This document shows, in pieces, positions 38,898 to 48,993 of a stretch of 64,000 bases of DNA; within the stretch, counting starts at the first letter, position 1, and each line of letters opens with the position of its first letter. The stretch is taken from assembly GCA_902500745.1 (NCBI GenBank), contig CABVRS010000001.1, forward strand, positions 1,184 through 65,183. Direction: 5' to 3'. Source of the DNA: an uncultured Nitrospira sp. (GTDB lineage: Bacteria; Nitrospirota; Nitrospiria; Nitrospirales; Nitrospiraceae). Made by a program: the position numbers and the translations under genes. The notes under the pieces were generated by a model. It was not told the origin of the DNA, did not search any database, and saw only the letters and a program-made list of their open reading frames with translations.

Positions 38898-38981
38898 CTA
38901 CTCTCGCCACGCAGCGACCATCGTATACGTCACGGTCACAATGGCGCTTATCAGGATCGCTTCGATCATCCATATCGTCAT
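38898..38981 (-). CDS. Putative 27-aa hydrophobic microprotein
   Basis: GGAGGTG RBS; MTIWMIEAILISAIVTVTYTMVAAWRE. Confidence 0.45.
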   Translation of the reverse strand: MTIWMIEAILISAIVTVTYTMVAAWRE

Positions 38982-39486
38982 CGCATTTCACCTCCCTCCT
39001 TATTGGGCCAGTTCTCTGGCCGTTCGTAGGTTGTTCCTCATTGACATGGTGCGATTCTATCGAAGCGGTGTTTCTCCTCCGTTACAGTCATGCCAATTCC
39101 ATGTGAAAAGTCGCGTGGGTGGGGAGAGGAGAAAATCAGTGAAGGACTCGTGCAGTATCAGAAGCGGCAATCTATTCCGAGAGGTACAGTGAGAGAGCTG
39201 GTATGCGCTCGTGATTTTATATGCCTTCGCGTGCTTGCAGCCGTTTCAACATCGCTATGGCCATCCGAGTGCCATTTCCTATGCGTGCAGCCCGCCGATT
39301 TTTCTGCGGCGGACGCCAGCCTCGGAACAGATGCCAATTTGGCGATACGCGTGTTTCAATCAGAGCTCTTCCCACAGGAAACATCGATGAACGAAAGGGA
39401 CGAGAATTGTACGTGTCCGGGATCATGGTCTTTACCTCCTCTATTCATGCGTGGGTAGTGGCTGAAGCCGATGATGACTCCCTGAT

Positions 39487-39515
39487 GTTAAACGGAGGTT
39501 ACGAGGGCGTTAATA
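39487..39515 (-). promoter_or_regulatory. Pho-box-like repeats
   Basis: TATTAAC-N4-TCGTAAC-N4-GTTTAAC on the minus strand. Confidence 0.45.
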
Positions 39516-39637
39516 TTTCGACACATCTTCCCTTGTACTTATTTGGGTATGTCTACGAGGCCGGCCGGATCCATGTTGGAAGGTCTGATGCGATGATGTG
39601 AGGATTGGCTTGAATGATCAAGAGGGTACGAGGGCGA

Positions 39638-40315
39638 TTACTCGAATTCCTCCCAGCCGCTCATGCGGGTGCCGAAGACCAAGGTGCGCTGATTCGTGGA
39701 AACTACAATGAGGCCGTTTTCGTTATCGACTCCTACGATGCGCTCATGGACGCCTAACGATTTCGATGCAAAGCCGCCGAGAAGTGGTGTAAATCCCACC
39801 AGTCGCTCATTCGTGATGCAGACAGCCCCATAGGCATTGCTGTGGACGCGGGCGACTTTTTCCCGTATTCCCAACGGCTCCTTAATCCACAAGCCATTGA
39901 CGCCACGAAATCCATACAGATGCCGATCCGTTCTGAGCAGACTGAAGCTTGGGAGGATCTTCCGCTCGAGGACCCTTTCATTCACGTCCAGTTCCTGCTT
40001 GCTCCAGGTGAGAACTCGGCTTGAAAACCCTAAGAGCCGACGAGACGTCACGACGATGCCATTAATCCCATTCGTGCCGGAACTGACGACTACCTCCTGA
40101 GCACCCAACGGCAGCTCTCTCCGACCACTCAGTTGACTGGTTGCAACGGCTTGACCTGACTCCAACCACAGTGTCACTTCAGATTGGAACTCTGCCCCTA
40201 TGACTCCTTGAGAAAGGAGCCAGATGAAGGACGAACAGGCAATGAAGCATAATCGAACTGGGGAGAGAAGGGTTCTGAATGTTTTCATGAATCGACCGAA
40301 TAAATTGACTGACAA
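39638..40315 (-). CDS. Exported protein with ~40-aa beta-rich repeats
   Basis: Signal peptide; repeats VVTSRRLLGFS / LRTDRHLYGFR / CITNERLVGFT / VSTNQRTLVFG. Confidence 0.75.
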   Translation of the reverse strand: MSVNLFGRFMKTFRTLLSPVRLCFIACSSFIWLLSQGVIGAEFQSEVTLWLESGQAVATSQLSGRRELPLGAQEVVVSSGTNGINGIVVTSRRLLGFSSRVLTWSKQELDVNERVLERKILPSFSLLRTDRHLYGFRGVNGLWIKEPLGIREKVARVHSNAYGAVCITNERLVGFTPLLGGFASKSLGVHERIVGVDNENGLIVVSTNQRTLVFGTRMSGWEEFE

Positions 40316-40521
40316 GGACCGATACTGGGTTACTCTAACCTATCAGTGAACAAGAAGTTGCTACTTAGTGTATCAAGCAACTGCGTAGAAGAGTGAGGGA
40401 GACGACTGTCTTATTAGGATGACCGGGCTGACCCACCAGGAACGTTCATCAAGATGATGCCATCTGCGAATCCAAAGGAGAGGAGTGGGTGGGATCTTGA
40501 TAGAATGCAATGCAAAGAGGG

Positions 40522-40539
40522 ATGTTACACATCTGTAAC
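40522..40539 (+). promoter_or_regulatory. Pho box upstream of ppk1
   Basis: ATGTTAC-ACAT-CTGTAAC; a second weaker pair AAGCCAT-AACC-TCGTCAT at 40597-40614. Confidence 0.6.
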
Positions 40540-40629
40540 AGGTGCGCAACAGCGTTGTGATCTAGTTGGCATAGAGTCATCAGGTTTTTGTGGTTCAAGC
40601 CATAACCTCGTCATAGCGAAGGAGTTTCC

Positions 40630-42768
40630 ATGACGGACCATTCTGCTGAACTGCGTGGCCCAGCTGTTGAAGGCTCGGAGGGAAGCGAGAAAACGATCCA
40701 TTTCTTGAATCGTGAGATCAGCTGGCTGCGGTTCAATCTGCGGGTTCTCGAAGAAGCTGAGGACAAACGGAATCCTCTCTTGGAGCGAGTGAAGTTTCTG
40801 ACTATCTTCGCCACGAACCTGGATGAGTTTTTCATGATTCGAGTGTCCGGTCTTCGCCGTCAAGTGGCGGCTGGGACAGGAGGAACGGCTCCCGACGGCA
40901 TGACACCATCCGAGCAGATCTTGGCGATCAACCGAGAGCTGAACGTCCAGTTTGGGCGATATGATAGGTGCTGGAAGCAAGATGTGTTACCAAGCTTGCA
41001 GGAAGCCGGTGTCCGTATTCTCCATTATGTGGATTTGACGGTGAGGGAGCAAGATGCCATTCAACAGTACTTTCAGCGCGACATCTTTCCCGTGCTCACG
41101 CCGTTGGCATTTGATCCAACCCATCCCTTCCCACATATCTCAAGCCTGAGTTTTAATCTTGCTGTGTTGGTCAAAGACCCTGAGCGTGGTGATTGTTTCG
41201 CACGCGTCAAAGTGCCGGATGTCTTTCCACGACTGGTTCCCATTCCCACAGATAAAGATGTCGCCCTCCAGCAGATGGGCTTGGGTGGAGCGGGAAAAGT
41301 TCAACAATTTGTATGGCTCGAGGAAGTCATCGCACATAACTTGGACGACCTCTTTCCCGGCCTGGAAGTGGTCGCCTCGTACCCATTCCGTGTGACGAGA
41401 GATGCGGATGTGGCCATTGAGGAAGACGAAGCGTCTGATCTCATCGAGGCGATGGAGGAGCAGCTCGATCAGCGAGATTTCACCTCAGCCGTTCGATTGG
41501 AACTGGATGCGACGACACCGGAGCACATCCGTGAGATTCTGATGCGCAACCTTCAGTTACCGCCGTACCTGGTCTATACGGGGGACAACCCAATCGGTAT
41601 GGCGGGGATTCGCGAACTGTATGCGCTTGAACGTCCCGACATGAAGGATCCGCCCTTCTTGCCGTCTGTGCCGTCTTGCTTGACTAAGTCGAACAGTCTC
41701 TTGACTGCGATTCGAGAGCAGGATGTTCTCTTGTATCATCCCTACGACAGTTTCATGCCGATTGTCGAATTTCTACGAGAGGCCGCAAACGATCCGGATG
41801 TGCTCGCCATCAAGCAGACCCTCTATCGCGTCAACCCGAAATCACCCATTGTCGATGCGCTCATGGAGGCACGTGTCAACGGCAAGCAAGTTGCGGTCTT
41901 GGTCGAGCTTAAAGCGCGATTCGATGAGGAAAACAATATTGAATGGGCCAGGAAACTTGAAGATGAAGGCGTGCATGTTGTCTACGGTGTGCGCGGCCTC
42001 AAGACGCACGCGAAAGTCTGTCTCGTCGTCCGGCGGGAGCCCGAGGGGATTCGTCGCTATGTCCACCTGGGAACCGGGAACTATAACGTAGTGACCAGTC
42101 GTATCTATACCGATTTGAGTTATTTTACCTGCGATCCCGCCATCAGCCACGATGTATCCGATCTCTTCAACTCCTTGACCGGGTACGCCCGCATGAATTC
42201 CTATTCCAAGCTCCTCGTCGCACCGACGATGTTGAGGCAACAATTGCTTGATCGGATCGAGCGCGAGACGAGCCGGCATCGCCAGCACGGTGACGGATAT
42301 ATCGTCTTCAAGATGAATGCGTTGGTCGATACACAATGCATTCAGGCCCTCTACCGCGCATCGCAAGCGGGAGTCAGGATTGATCTTCAGGTGCGGGGCA
42401 TTTGCTGCCTACGACCGGGCCTCCCTGGGGTCAGCGAAACCATCTCGGTCACCTCAGTCGTTGGGCGTTTTCTGGAACATGCGCGGATCTATTATTTTCG
42501 TCACGGCGGGGAGAATGAGGTGTTGATCGGGAGTGCTGATCTGATGCCGCGCAATCTGGATCATCGAGTAGAACTTCTTGTCCCCGTACAACATCCTCGT
42601 TGGCGTGAGCTCATCATCAATGACATTCTCACCGTTGGGCTACGCGACAATGTGCAGGCACGACGATTGTTTGCCGATGGGACGTATGAACGAATCCATG
42701 CCGCACCCGATGAAGCCGCCGTAAATTCACAGCAATGGCTTTTGGATCACTGGAAAAGCAGATCTTAG
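40630..42768 (+). CDS. ppk1: Polyphosphate kinase 1
   Basis: NREISWLRFN, NLDEFFMIRV, HPFP, ELKARFDEENN, KTHAK, GTGNYN, RFLEH. Confidence 0.97.
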   Translation: MTDHSAELRGPAVEGSEGSEKTIHFLNREISWLRFNLRVLEEAEDKRNPLLERVKFLTIFATNLDEFFMIRVSGLRRQVAAGTGGTAPDGMTPSEQILAINRELNVQFGRYDRCWKQDVLPSLQEAGVRILHYVDLTVREQDAIQQYFQRDIFPVLTPLAFDPTHPFPHISSLSFNLAVLVKDPERGDCFARVKVPDVFPRLVPIPTDKDVALQQMGLGGAGKVQQFVWLEEVIAHNLDDLFPGLEVVASYPFRVTRDADVAIEEDEASDLIEAMEEQLDQRDFTSAVRLELDATTPEHIREILMRNLQLPPYLVYTGDNPIGMAGIRELYALERPDMKDPPFLPSVPSCLTKSNSLLTAIREQDVLLYHPYDSFMPIVEFLREAANDPDVLAIKQTLYRVNPKSPIVDALMEARVNGKQVAVLVELKARFDEENNIEWARKLEDEGVHVVYGVRGLKTHAKVCLVVRREPEGIRRYVHLGTGNYNVVTSRIYTDLSYFTCDPAISHDVSDLFNSLTGYARMNSYSKLLVAPTMLRQQLLDRIERETSRHRQHGDGYIVFKMNALVDTQCIQALYRASQAGVRIDLQVRGICCLRPGLPGVSETISVTSVVGRFLEHARIYYFRHGGENEVLIGSADLMPRNLDHRVELLVPVQHPRWRELIINDILTVGLRDNVQARRLFADGTYERIHAAPDEAAVNSQQWLLDHWKSRS

Positions 42769-42814
42769 AGAGCTGCCGGCTCGCTCGCAGCGTTCACTCA
42801 ACTCAAGGTACGAC

Positions 42815-44509
42815 ATGGAGTCACCCACATTATCCAAAACGAGTGACGCACGCGGCACGGTTTCTCGCGACCGTGGCCTCATGGTGAGGCATTTCCGGCA
42901 GATTGTGCTCTGGCCGCTCCAGCTAATGCCGATTCACGACGAGATGCCGATTCAGAAGCACTGTGACTTTATTCAGACGTCGGACTTCGACAATCTCTGG
43001 CAGGAAGTGGAAGACGAGTTTACCGGGGATCCATCTCAGTTTCAGGAACGACATTACAGCGAATTCATCACCTTCCTCCCTTCCGTTCAGCGATTTCTTT
43101 ACGGCGAAGGGACCGGTCGCGGGACCGGTGTCAACCAAGAATCACCCATTCGCGTATTCCGCCGCACCGATGTCACGCGGGTGCGGTTGACCTACCCCGA
43201 TCCCGGAGTTGCACCGGTCGTCTTCGAGGTGGCACATATCGATTTGTATTTTTTCTATGACATTGACATCGTGATTCTGGCCGTCGAGATATTCGCCGAC
43301 GATCTACCGTTGGCTTGCGCCGAGGAAACCATGCTTCGTTTTGCCAGAGGGTATCCCACATACTGGGAATCCGATGGGCATGGGGGCCATTGTCTGAAAA
43401 AGGCGGAATGGCTGGCGAAGGATAACACGGTGCTATCGTGCTCCGACTACGAACACAAGGAGAAATATTTGTCCTTTGTTTGTCGGTACCGAGCGCCGTG
43501 TATCGCCTCCCATTGGGAATTTTTGCTTATGCCGTTGGTCCACCACCATTCAGGGAAAAGCGGCCTCGTCCGCTACCGGCAGATCGAATCTCACCTCTTG
43601 CCGTTGATGGCCTATCTGACGATGGATAATCCGGCTGCGCTGACTCGGGGAGACTTCATACGGCTCGGATTGGCTGCCCCGCCTGATCCATCAGATTCTC
43701 TCCCCTATTCAGAAGGACACCTGCGCGGCTTTGAAAATCGCTACTTCTACGATCGCTACTGGACCGAAAAGGAACGGGAGCGTCCCGGAACCCGCTTCAT
43801 CTGCAGCGGGCGAGTGTTCACAGAAATCAGCGACTCTAGCGACCGGTTTATAGCCACGAGAAAAACGGGTCTCGAACAGTTCCGACATGAATATTTTGTC
43901 CTTTTCTTGATCGCCCATTTTCATAAGGCCGCCATGCTGATGTTGTCGGATCGCCTTGTGGATGCCCTCAACCGGTTGGAACCAGGGAATCCGGAATCGA
44001 TCAGGCATTTCCGGCACATCATCCGACAGATCCTCGGCGTATTCCTGCGTTTTACCCATCGCTATTGGTTCCAGGATGTCTCGGAGCATACCCAGGTGAA
44101 GGAATTATTTCGCATGACGAATCGGCACCTTGGAACAGCCCAACTCTACACGGAGGTTCGCGAGGCAATTGAAGATATGAGTCAGTACCTGGACAGCGAT
44201 GTCCTGCGTCGGCAGGGAGAGACCATGGTGCGCCTGACCGTCGTGACTACGGTCGGTTTGATTGGTATGGCCACGACCGGCTTTCTCGGTATGAACTTGA
44301 TTGCGGAGGCCGATGCTCCGTTCATCAGCAAGTTGCTGATTTTTCTGTCCGTCCTGATCGCAACGACAGCTGTAACCATTTACACGGTTCTGAAGTCCAG
44401 GCGCTTGTCGGCATTTCTGGAGAAGGTATCCGACGAGCGTACCGTGATACGAGCTAAATTTTCGGCATTTCTTGATGTGTGGAGAACCAAACATGACTGG
44501 TTACGTTGA
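42815..44509 (+). CDS. CorA-like divalent cation transporter with long N-terminal domain
   Basis: C-terminal two TM helices with TGFLGMN (GMN) motif after a long helix. Confidence 0.7.
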   Translation: MESPTLSKTSDARGTVSRDRGLMVRHFRQIVLWPLQLMPIHDEMPIQKHCDFIQTSDFDNLWQEVEDEFTGDPSQFQERHYSEFITFLPSVQRFLYGEGTGRGTGVNQESPIRVFRRTDVTRVRLTYPDPGVAPVVFEVAHIDLYFFYDIDIVILAVEIFADDLPLACAEETMLRFARGYPTYWESDGHGGHCLKKAEWLAKDNTVLSCSDYEHKEKYLSFVCRYRAPCIASHWEFLLMPLVHHHSGKSGLVRYRQIESHLLPLMAYLTMDNPAALTRGDFIRLGLAAPPDPSDSLPYSEGHLRGFENRYFYDRYWTEKERERPGTRFICSGRVFTEISDSSDRFIATRKTGLEQFRHEYFVLFLIAHFHKAAMLMLSDRLVDALNRLEPGNPESIRHFRHIIRQILGVFLRFTHRYWFQDVSEHTQVKELFRMTNRHLGTAQLYTEVREAIEDMSQYLDSDVLRRQGETMVRLTVVTTVGLIGMATTGFLGMNLIAEADAPFISKLLIFLSVLIATTAVTIYTVLKSRRLSAFLEKVSDERTVIRAKFSAFLDVWRTKHDWLR

Positions 44510-44711
44510 AGTGATCAAGGGTTGAGCAGGGAAGCTGCTGAAAGCATGGAAAGCGCGATGAAAATGGTATGGTCATGCTGATCCACTCACAAACTTCCAT
44601 TCGCCTTGTTCCGTCCTGACCCCACATCTTGCCGTAAATACTTTTCTGAGTCCCCCGTCTATCGCCAACCTGGTTCACTGTCGGAATTTCTGACAGGTCA
44701 GGCCCCTCGAG

Positions 44712-44751
44712 TGTTAACAAAATCGTTACGAGTCTTTCATCAACCTGTAAC
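44712..44751 (+). promoter_or_regulatory. Four-unit Pho-box array
   Basis: TGTTAAC/TCGTTAC/CTTTCAT/CTGTAAC each separated by 4 nt. Confidence 0.65.
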
Positions 44752-44836
44752 GAGTGGATGAGAAGGTGCTTGCAAGACTAGGTCCGCTGTGATGTCCACG
44801 AGACATTCATCCGAGCTTTGACAGGAGGAGGACAAG

Positions 44837-45253
44837 ATGCAGTTTCACCCATTCCAACCAGCACAGCAGTGGGAGGAGTTCGGGCAGCCTGGTTTTCACC
44901 ACACTGGATATCCTGCACAGCGATTGTTGGTGCCGCCGTTGCCCCATCCTGCAATGGCCTTACGCCGGCAGGTTTTAGTCGGCCACTTATTCAAGTATGC
45001 GAAGGAGATCCAACGCATCGACAATGGCTATGCCTTACGGTTTTATCGGTCGAGCAATCTGGAAGAACTAATCGGCAACATTGCGGAATATGTCATCTTC
45101 GAGAGTCTGAATAATCAGAAACTTTCATTTTCGATCGTTGAGGAACCTCAGGAGAAGGGCTTTTGGCTGCAGGTACAAGGACTCGAAACCGACAACCACG
45201 ATGTCACCTCGACGACTGCCTCACCCGATTCTGCGGTGTCGTATTGGGCTTAA
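44837..45253 (+). CDS. Hypothetical protein
   Basis: AGGAGG RBS, 138 aa, NGYALRF..IFE..LSFSI pattern. Confidence 0.7.
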   Translation: MQFHPFQPAQQWEEFGQPGFHHTGYPAQRLLVPPLPHPAMALRRQVLVGHLFKYAKEIQRIDNGYALRFYRSSNLEELIGNIAEYVIFESLNNQKLSFSIVEEPQEKGFWLQVQGLETDNHDVTSTTASPDSAVSYWA

Positions 45254-45339
45254 GATACAGAGGCAATTCACGTTCATCAGAGACGAAGTGACCTTCATTG
45301 ATAACGGAAGACCATGACGCGACGGGCCATTGGGGAAGA

Positions 45340-46050
45340 CTACTGCGCCGACGGTTGGTCAACCAGTTTGTACCCGAGAGATTTGATGGATGCGATGGTC
45401 TCGTTGAGGAAGGGAATCTTCACTTTCAGCCGCCGAACATGGACGTCGACCGTTCGCGTCGTTCCGTAGTAGTCGTACCCCCATACTTCATTGAGGAGCA
45501 CTTCTCGTGTCAGGACCCGCCCAGGATGACGCAACAAATGCTTTAGGAGTCCAAACTCTTTGGCTGTGAGAGGGACTTCTTGGCCTTTGGCCGTGACTTC
45601 GTGTCTGGTTAGATCCATGTGAAGCGGCCCGTAGGCCAAAGATGTGGGTTGATGATCAGCTGCTCGATCCACGCGACGAAGGAGTGCTTTGATCCGAGCC
45701 ACTAACGTCTTGGGGCTGAACGGCTTCGTCATATAATCATCGGCGCCGAGCTCAAGCCCAACGATGGTATCGGACTCGTCGCTTTTGGCTGTCAGCATGA
45801 TGATGGGAAGGCGTGCGGTCTCTGGCTTAAGCCGCAAGGTCTTACACACTTCCAACCCATCCATCTGTGGCAACATGAGATCTAGAATCACGAGGTCGGG
45901 ATGTTCTGACGACACGAGTTTGTGCGCTTCAGTGCCGGTGTCCGCGATACACGGATGATAGCCTTCCTTCTCGAGATAGTGTTTGATCAACTGGGCAATC
46001 TCCCGCTCGTCTTCCACGATGAGTATTTTCTTGGGTCGTTGTGAAACCAT
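45340..46050 (-). CDS. PhoB/OmpR-family response regulator
   Basis: VEDE, LDLMLP, GADDYMTKPFS, winged helix RTVDVHVRRL. Confidence 0.92.
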   Translation of the reverse strand: MVSQRPKKILIVEDEREIAQLIKHYLEKEGYHPCIADTGTEAHKLVSSEHPDLVILDLMLPQMDGLEVCKTLRLKPETARLPIIMLTAKSDESDTIVGLELGADDYMTKPFSPKTLVARIKALLRRVDRAADHQPTSLAYGPLHMDLTRHEVTAKGQEVPLTAKEFGLLKHLLRHPGRVLTREVLLNEVWGYDYYGTTRTVDVHVRRLKVKIPFLNETIASIKSLGYKLVDQPSAQ

Positions 46051-46104
46051 GCGATGTTCTCCTATGTGTGGTTCTATCCGCATGGGGAATCATAGACCCT
46101 CTGT

Positions 46105-46122
46105 GTTACAGGCTCATTACGG
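46105..46122 (-). promoter_or_regulatory. Pho box upstream of the response regulator (autoregulation candidate)
   Basis: CCGTAAT-GAGC-CTGTAAC on the minus strand. Confidence 0.6.
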
Positions 46123-46216
46123 AGCTTTTCGGCTGAAATCGTGCGCGTTTCGCAGGGGACGTGGGGTTGGTCAGCGAACGGGATGAAGGCTCAAGATCTA
46201 AAAAACCGTCATACGG

Positions 46217-47947
46217 TCAGGTCGCCGGTTCGTTCAGGCGGATGGTGTACAGGTAGTGGTACAGACCCTGACGTTCCAGCAGTTGTGCATGGGTGCCTTC
46301 CTCCACAAGCTTTCCTTTGTCCAGAACCAAAATTCGGTCGGCACGCTGAATCGTCGACAGTCGGTGGGCGACCACGAAGGTGGTGCGTCCTTCCATGAGG
46401 CGTTGGAGTGCTTCTTGGACCAGGCGCTCTGAATCGGTGTCGAGCGAGGAGGTCGCTTCGTCGAGTAAGAGGATGCGAGGATCTTTGAGGATCGCTCGAG
46501 CGATCGCGATTCGTTGACGCTGCCCACCCGACAAGTTGACGCCCTTTTCACCGACTACGGTTCGGTATCCATCCGGCAAGGTTGTGATGAAGTCGTGCGC
46601 ATGCGCGGCTTTGCTGGCTTCCCATACAGTCGCTTCGTCTGCGTCCATCTTTCCGTAACGAATATTGTCGAGGATTGTGCCTCCGAAGAGGATGGTTTCC
46701 TGTGGGACCAGCGCGATCTGCCGGTACCAACTTTCAAGCCGCACATCTCGGAAGTCTGTCCCGTCGATGATGAGGCGACCGTCGGTCGGGTCGTAGAAGC
46801 GGTGCAGGAGATTGATTACCGTCGTTTTGCCGGCGCCGGTCGGTCCGACCAACGCGACGAGTTCGCCGGGCTTGGCTTCAAAGGAGAGGTTGGTCAAGAC
46901 AGCATGACGAGGGTCATACCCGAACGTGACGTGTTCCATCCGCACATGGCCGTCGACGCTGACGAGCGTCTGCGCGCCTGGTCGATCGTAAAGTTCCGGC
47001 TGAGCATCCAATATTTCAAAGACGCGTTGTGTGGCTCCCTGGGCCTCTTTGATCTGCGTAAAGACGCGCGCGGCTGAGCTGAAGGGGCCGATCAGAATGC
47101 CTGCGAACAAGATGAAGGCGAACAGATCACCCGGCGTGACGGTGCCGTCGATGACCTGCCGGCCTCCGTACCACAACACGGCGGTCGCCGACGAAAATGT
47201 CATGAGGCTAATCACCGGAATGAAGACGGCCATGATGCCCGCTCGGCTGAGTGTAAGCCGGAGAGTCTGATCGACCTGATCGGCGAATCGCTCCCTCTCG
47301 CGCGGCGCCTGGACGAACGATTTGACGATGCGAATACCAGAAATCACTTCTTCAGCCAGCGTACTAAGCGCGGCGGTCTGGTCTTGAATCGAGGTCGAAA
47401 GAGATTTCAACCTGCGCCCAAACAGCTTTGAGATCACGACTAAGAGCGGAAGCAGAACCAGGATCAGGAGACAGAGTCGCCAGTTCATGAGGAGCAAGAA
47501 CGTGATGCCGCCCACGAAGGTCACGAGTTGTTTGACCGCATCAAGGGGGGTTTCTGTGACAAGGGATTGAATCACGGTCACGTCGGACATCAACCGAGAG
47601 AGCAATTCGCCTGTACGTCGGCGAGAAAAAAAACTGATCGTCAGCGTTTGCAGGTGGGCGAAGAGATGTTTGCGGAACTCGGCGATGACGTTCTGAGAAA
47701 CCCAGGCCGTCAGATAACTGTGCCCCATGGAGCAGAGGCCCTGCAGAATGACTAATCCCAAGAACAAGCTGATCAACTGCGTCATTTTGTCGGCATCATG
47801 CTGGACGGTCACGACATCCCAGAGCGAGCCGGCCAGGCGCACCAATGCGAGATTGATGGCTGCGACTCCTGACACCAGTAGGCCCGCAAGCATGAGACGT
47901 GTCAGATAAGGCCGAACAAACGGAAGGAATCGCTTGAAGATCAACAT
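46217..47947 (-). CDS. MsbA-like ABC exporter (TMD-NBD)
   Basis: GPTGAGKT, LSGGQRQR, LLLDEATS, AHRLST. Confidence 0.92.
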   Translation of the reverse strand: MLIFKRFLPFVRPYLTRLMLAGLLVSGVAAINLALVRLAGSLWDVVTVQHDADKMTQLISLFLGLVILQGLCSMGHSYLTAWVSQNVIAEFRKHLFAHLQTLTISFFSRRRTGELLSRLMSDVTVIQSLVTETPLDAVKQLVTFVGGITFLLLMNWRLCLLILVLLPLLVVISKLFGRRLKSLSTSIQDQTAALSTLAEEVISGIRIVKSFVQAPRERERFADQVDQTLRLTLSRAGIMAVFIPVISLMTFSSATAVLWYGGRQVIDGTVTPGDLFAFILFAGILIGPFSSAARVFTQIKEAQGATQRVFEILDAQPELYDRPGAQTLVSVDGHVRMEHVTFGYDPRHAVLTNLSFEAKPGELVALVGPTGAGKTTVINLLHRFYDPTDGRLIIDGTDFRDVRLESWYRQIALVPQETILFGGTILDNIRYGKMDADEATVWEASKAAHAHDFITTLPDGYRTVVGEKGVNLSGGQRQRIAIARAILKDPRILLLDEATSSLDTDSERLVQEALQRLMEGRTTFVVAHRLSTIQRADRILVLDKGKLVEEGTHAQLLERQGLYHYLYTIRLNEPAT

Positions 47948-48037
47948 GATGGCTTACACGGCATGATCGTCCAGGAAACTGTGTCAGCGCACGATTTTAT
48001 TGGGAAATGCTGGACTGACAGGGGCGAGACGAATGGG

Positions 48038-48256
48038 TTAGAGTTGAACGATCGACTCGATTAAGTTCTTATTGATCGCGACAAAATCAGACCGATCCTT
48101 GTCGTCGATGAGGACGTCAGTCAGGCTGATGAAGAGACGTGCTTCTTCGTTGATCGCATCGGAGACACGATTCCGCATCGGAGGGACCAAGAAGTCTCCG
48201 ACGTAGGTGCAATTGACCGTCCGTACACGAATGCGGACTTTCTTGCCCTCGGCCAC
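48038..48256 (-). CDS. Small Sm-like/DUF6812-like protein
   Basis: GTG with GGAGAGG RBS; RVSD..N...FISLTD...FVAINK. Confidence 0.7.
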   Translation of the reverse strand: MAEGKKVRIRVRTVNCTYVGDFLVPPMRNRVSDAINEEARLFISLTDVLIDDKDRSDFVAINKNLIESIVQL

Positions 48257-48286
48257 GATCCTCTCCTCCCGTCGCGCAGGCTGAGT

Positions 48287-48382
48287 TTAGCTTTTTCGGC
48301 GAAGAAACTTCTGTCGCTGGCGCAGCTTCTTGTATTTATGCTTGCGCATTTTCTTTCGGCGCTTCTTCAGAACGCTTGACAT
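48287..48382 (-). CDS. 31-aa basic AURKAIP1/COX24 (bS22/mS38-like) ribosomal protein
   Basis: MSSVLKKRRKKMRKHKYKKLRQRQKFLRRKS, AGGAG RBS; below the ORF-track length cutoff. Confidence 0.85.
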   Translation of the reverse strand: MSSVLKKRRKKMRKHKYKKLRQRQKFLRRKS

Positions 48383-48475
48383 GCTTGGTATCTCCTAAGG
48401 GGGCAGAGTCTAAAAGCTTTCCGTCGAAAATGCAAGATCGCAGCGTTTTTTATCCGTATGGTATACTGACGCCCC

Positions 48476-48991
48476 ATGGATGTTCACAGATACCGCTTTT
48501 TGCCGGTGTTGTTCATAGGGTGGCTGCTAGTGCTCACTCTTATGATGGCCGGATGCCCTTCCAAGACGATCCAGTATCCTGAGGAGCACGAGCGTCTTCT
48601 TCGCCTTGATCAGGCGGTGGAATCCTTACGGAGTGCCTATGAACGGAAAGACCGATCCTCATTCCATTCTCTGCTGGTGCCGCAGGCTCAGATGGAGGAA
48701 CTTCAACGACAGGCTGAAATGGACTTTGAAACGTTTCATGCCATCACGCTTGAGTTCAAGATCGAGCGAGTCATGCTGAATAAGGATGACATCGATGTGC
48801 TCGTCAATTGGCAAGGGAATTGGAAGAAAGATGCCAATGATGCGGGTATGCGGCAGCGCGGCCATGCCCGATTGCAATGGGCAGGGACACCGTCGATTCT
48901 TCTGCGAGGCGTCGAGGGTGATTTGCCGTTTGGCATGAAGACGAAGCAGTTGCTATCCGAGACTCCTGCACCACAACCTCCACCCCGATAG
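48476..48991 (+). CDS. Putative lipoprotein
   Basis: Hydrophobic signal ending in a MAGC lipobox. Confidence 0.75.
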   Translation: MDVHRYRFLPVLFIGWLLVLTLMMAGCPSKTIQYPEEHERLLRLDQAVESLRSAYERKDRSSFHSLLVPQAQMEELQRQAEMDFETFHAITLEFKIERVMLNKDDIDVLVNWQGNWKKDANDAGMRQRGHARLQWAGTPSILLRGVEGDLPFGMKTKQLLSETPAPQPPPR

Positions 48992-48993
48992 CG

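Noticed and set aside
38200-39100. sigma54 promoters at TGGCA motifs
   Set aside because: GG-N10-GC spacing is not satisfied
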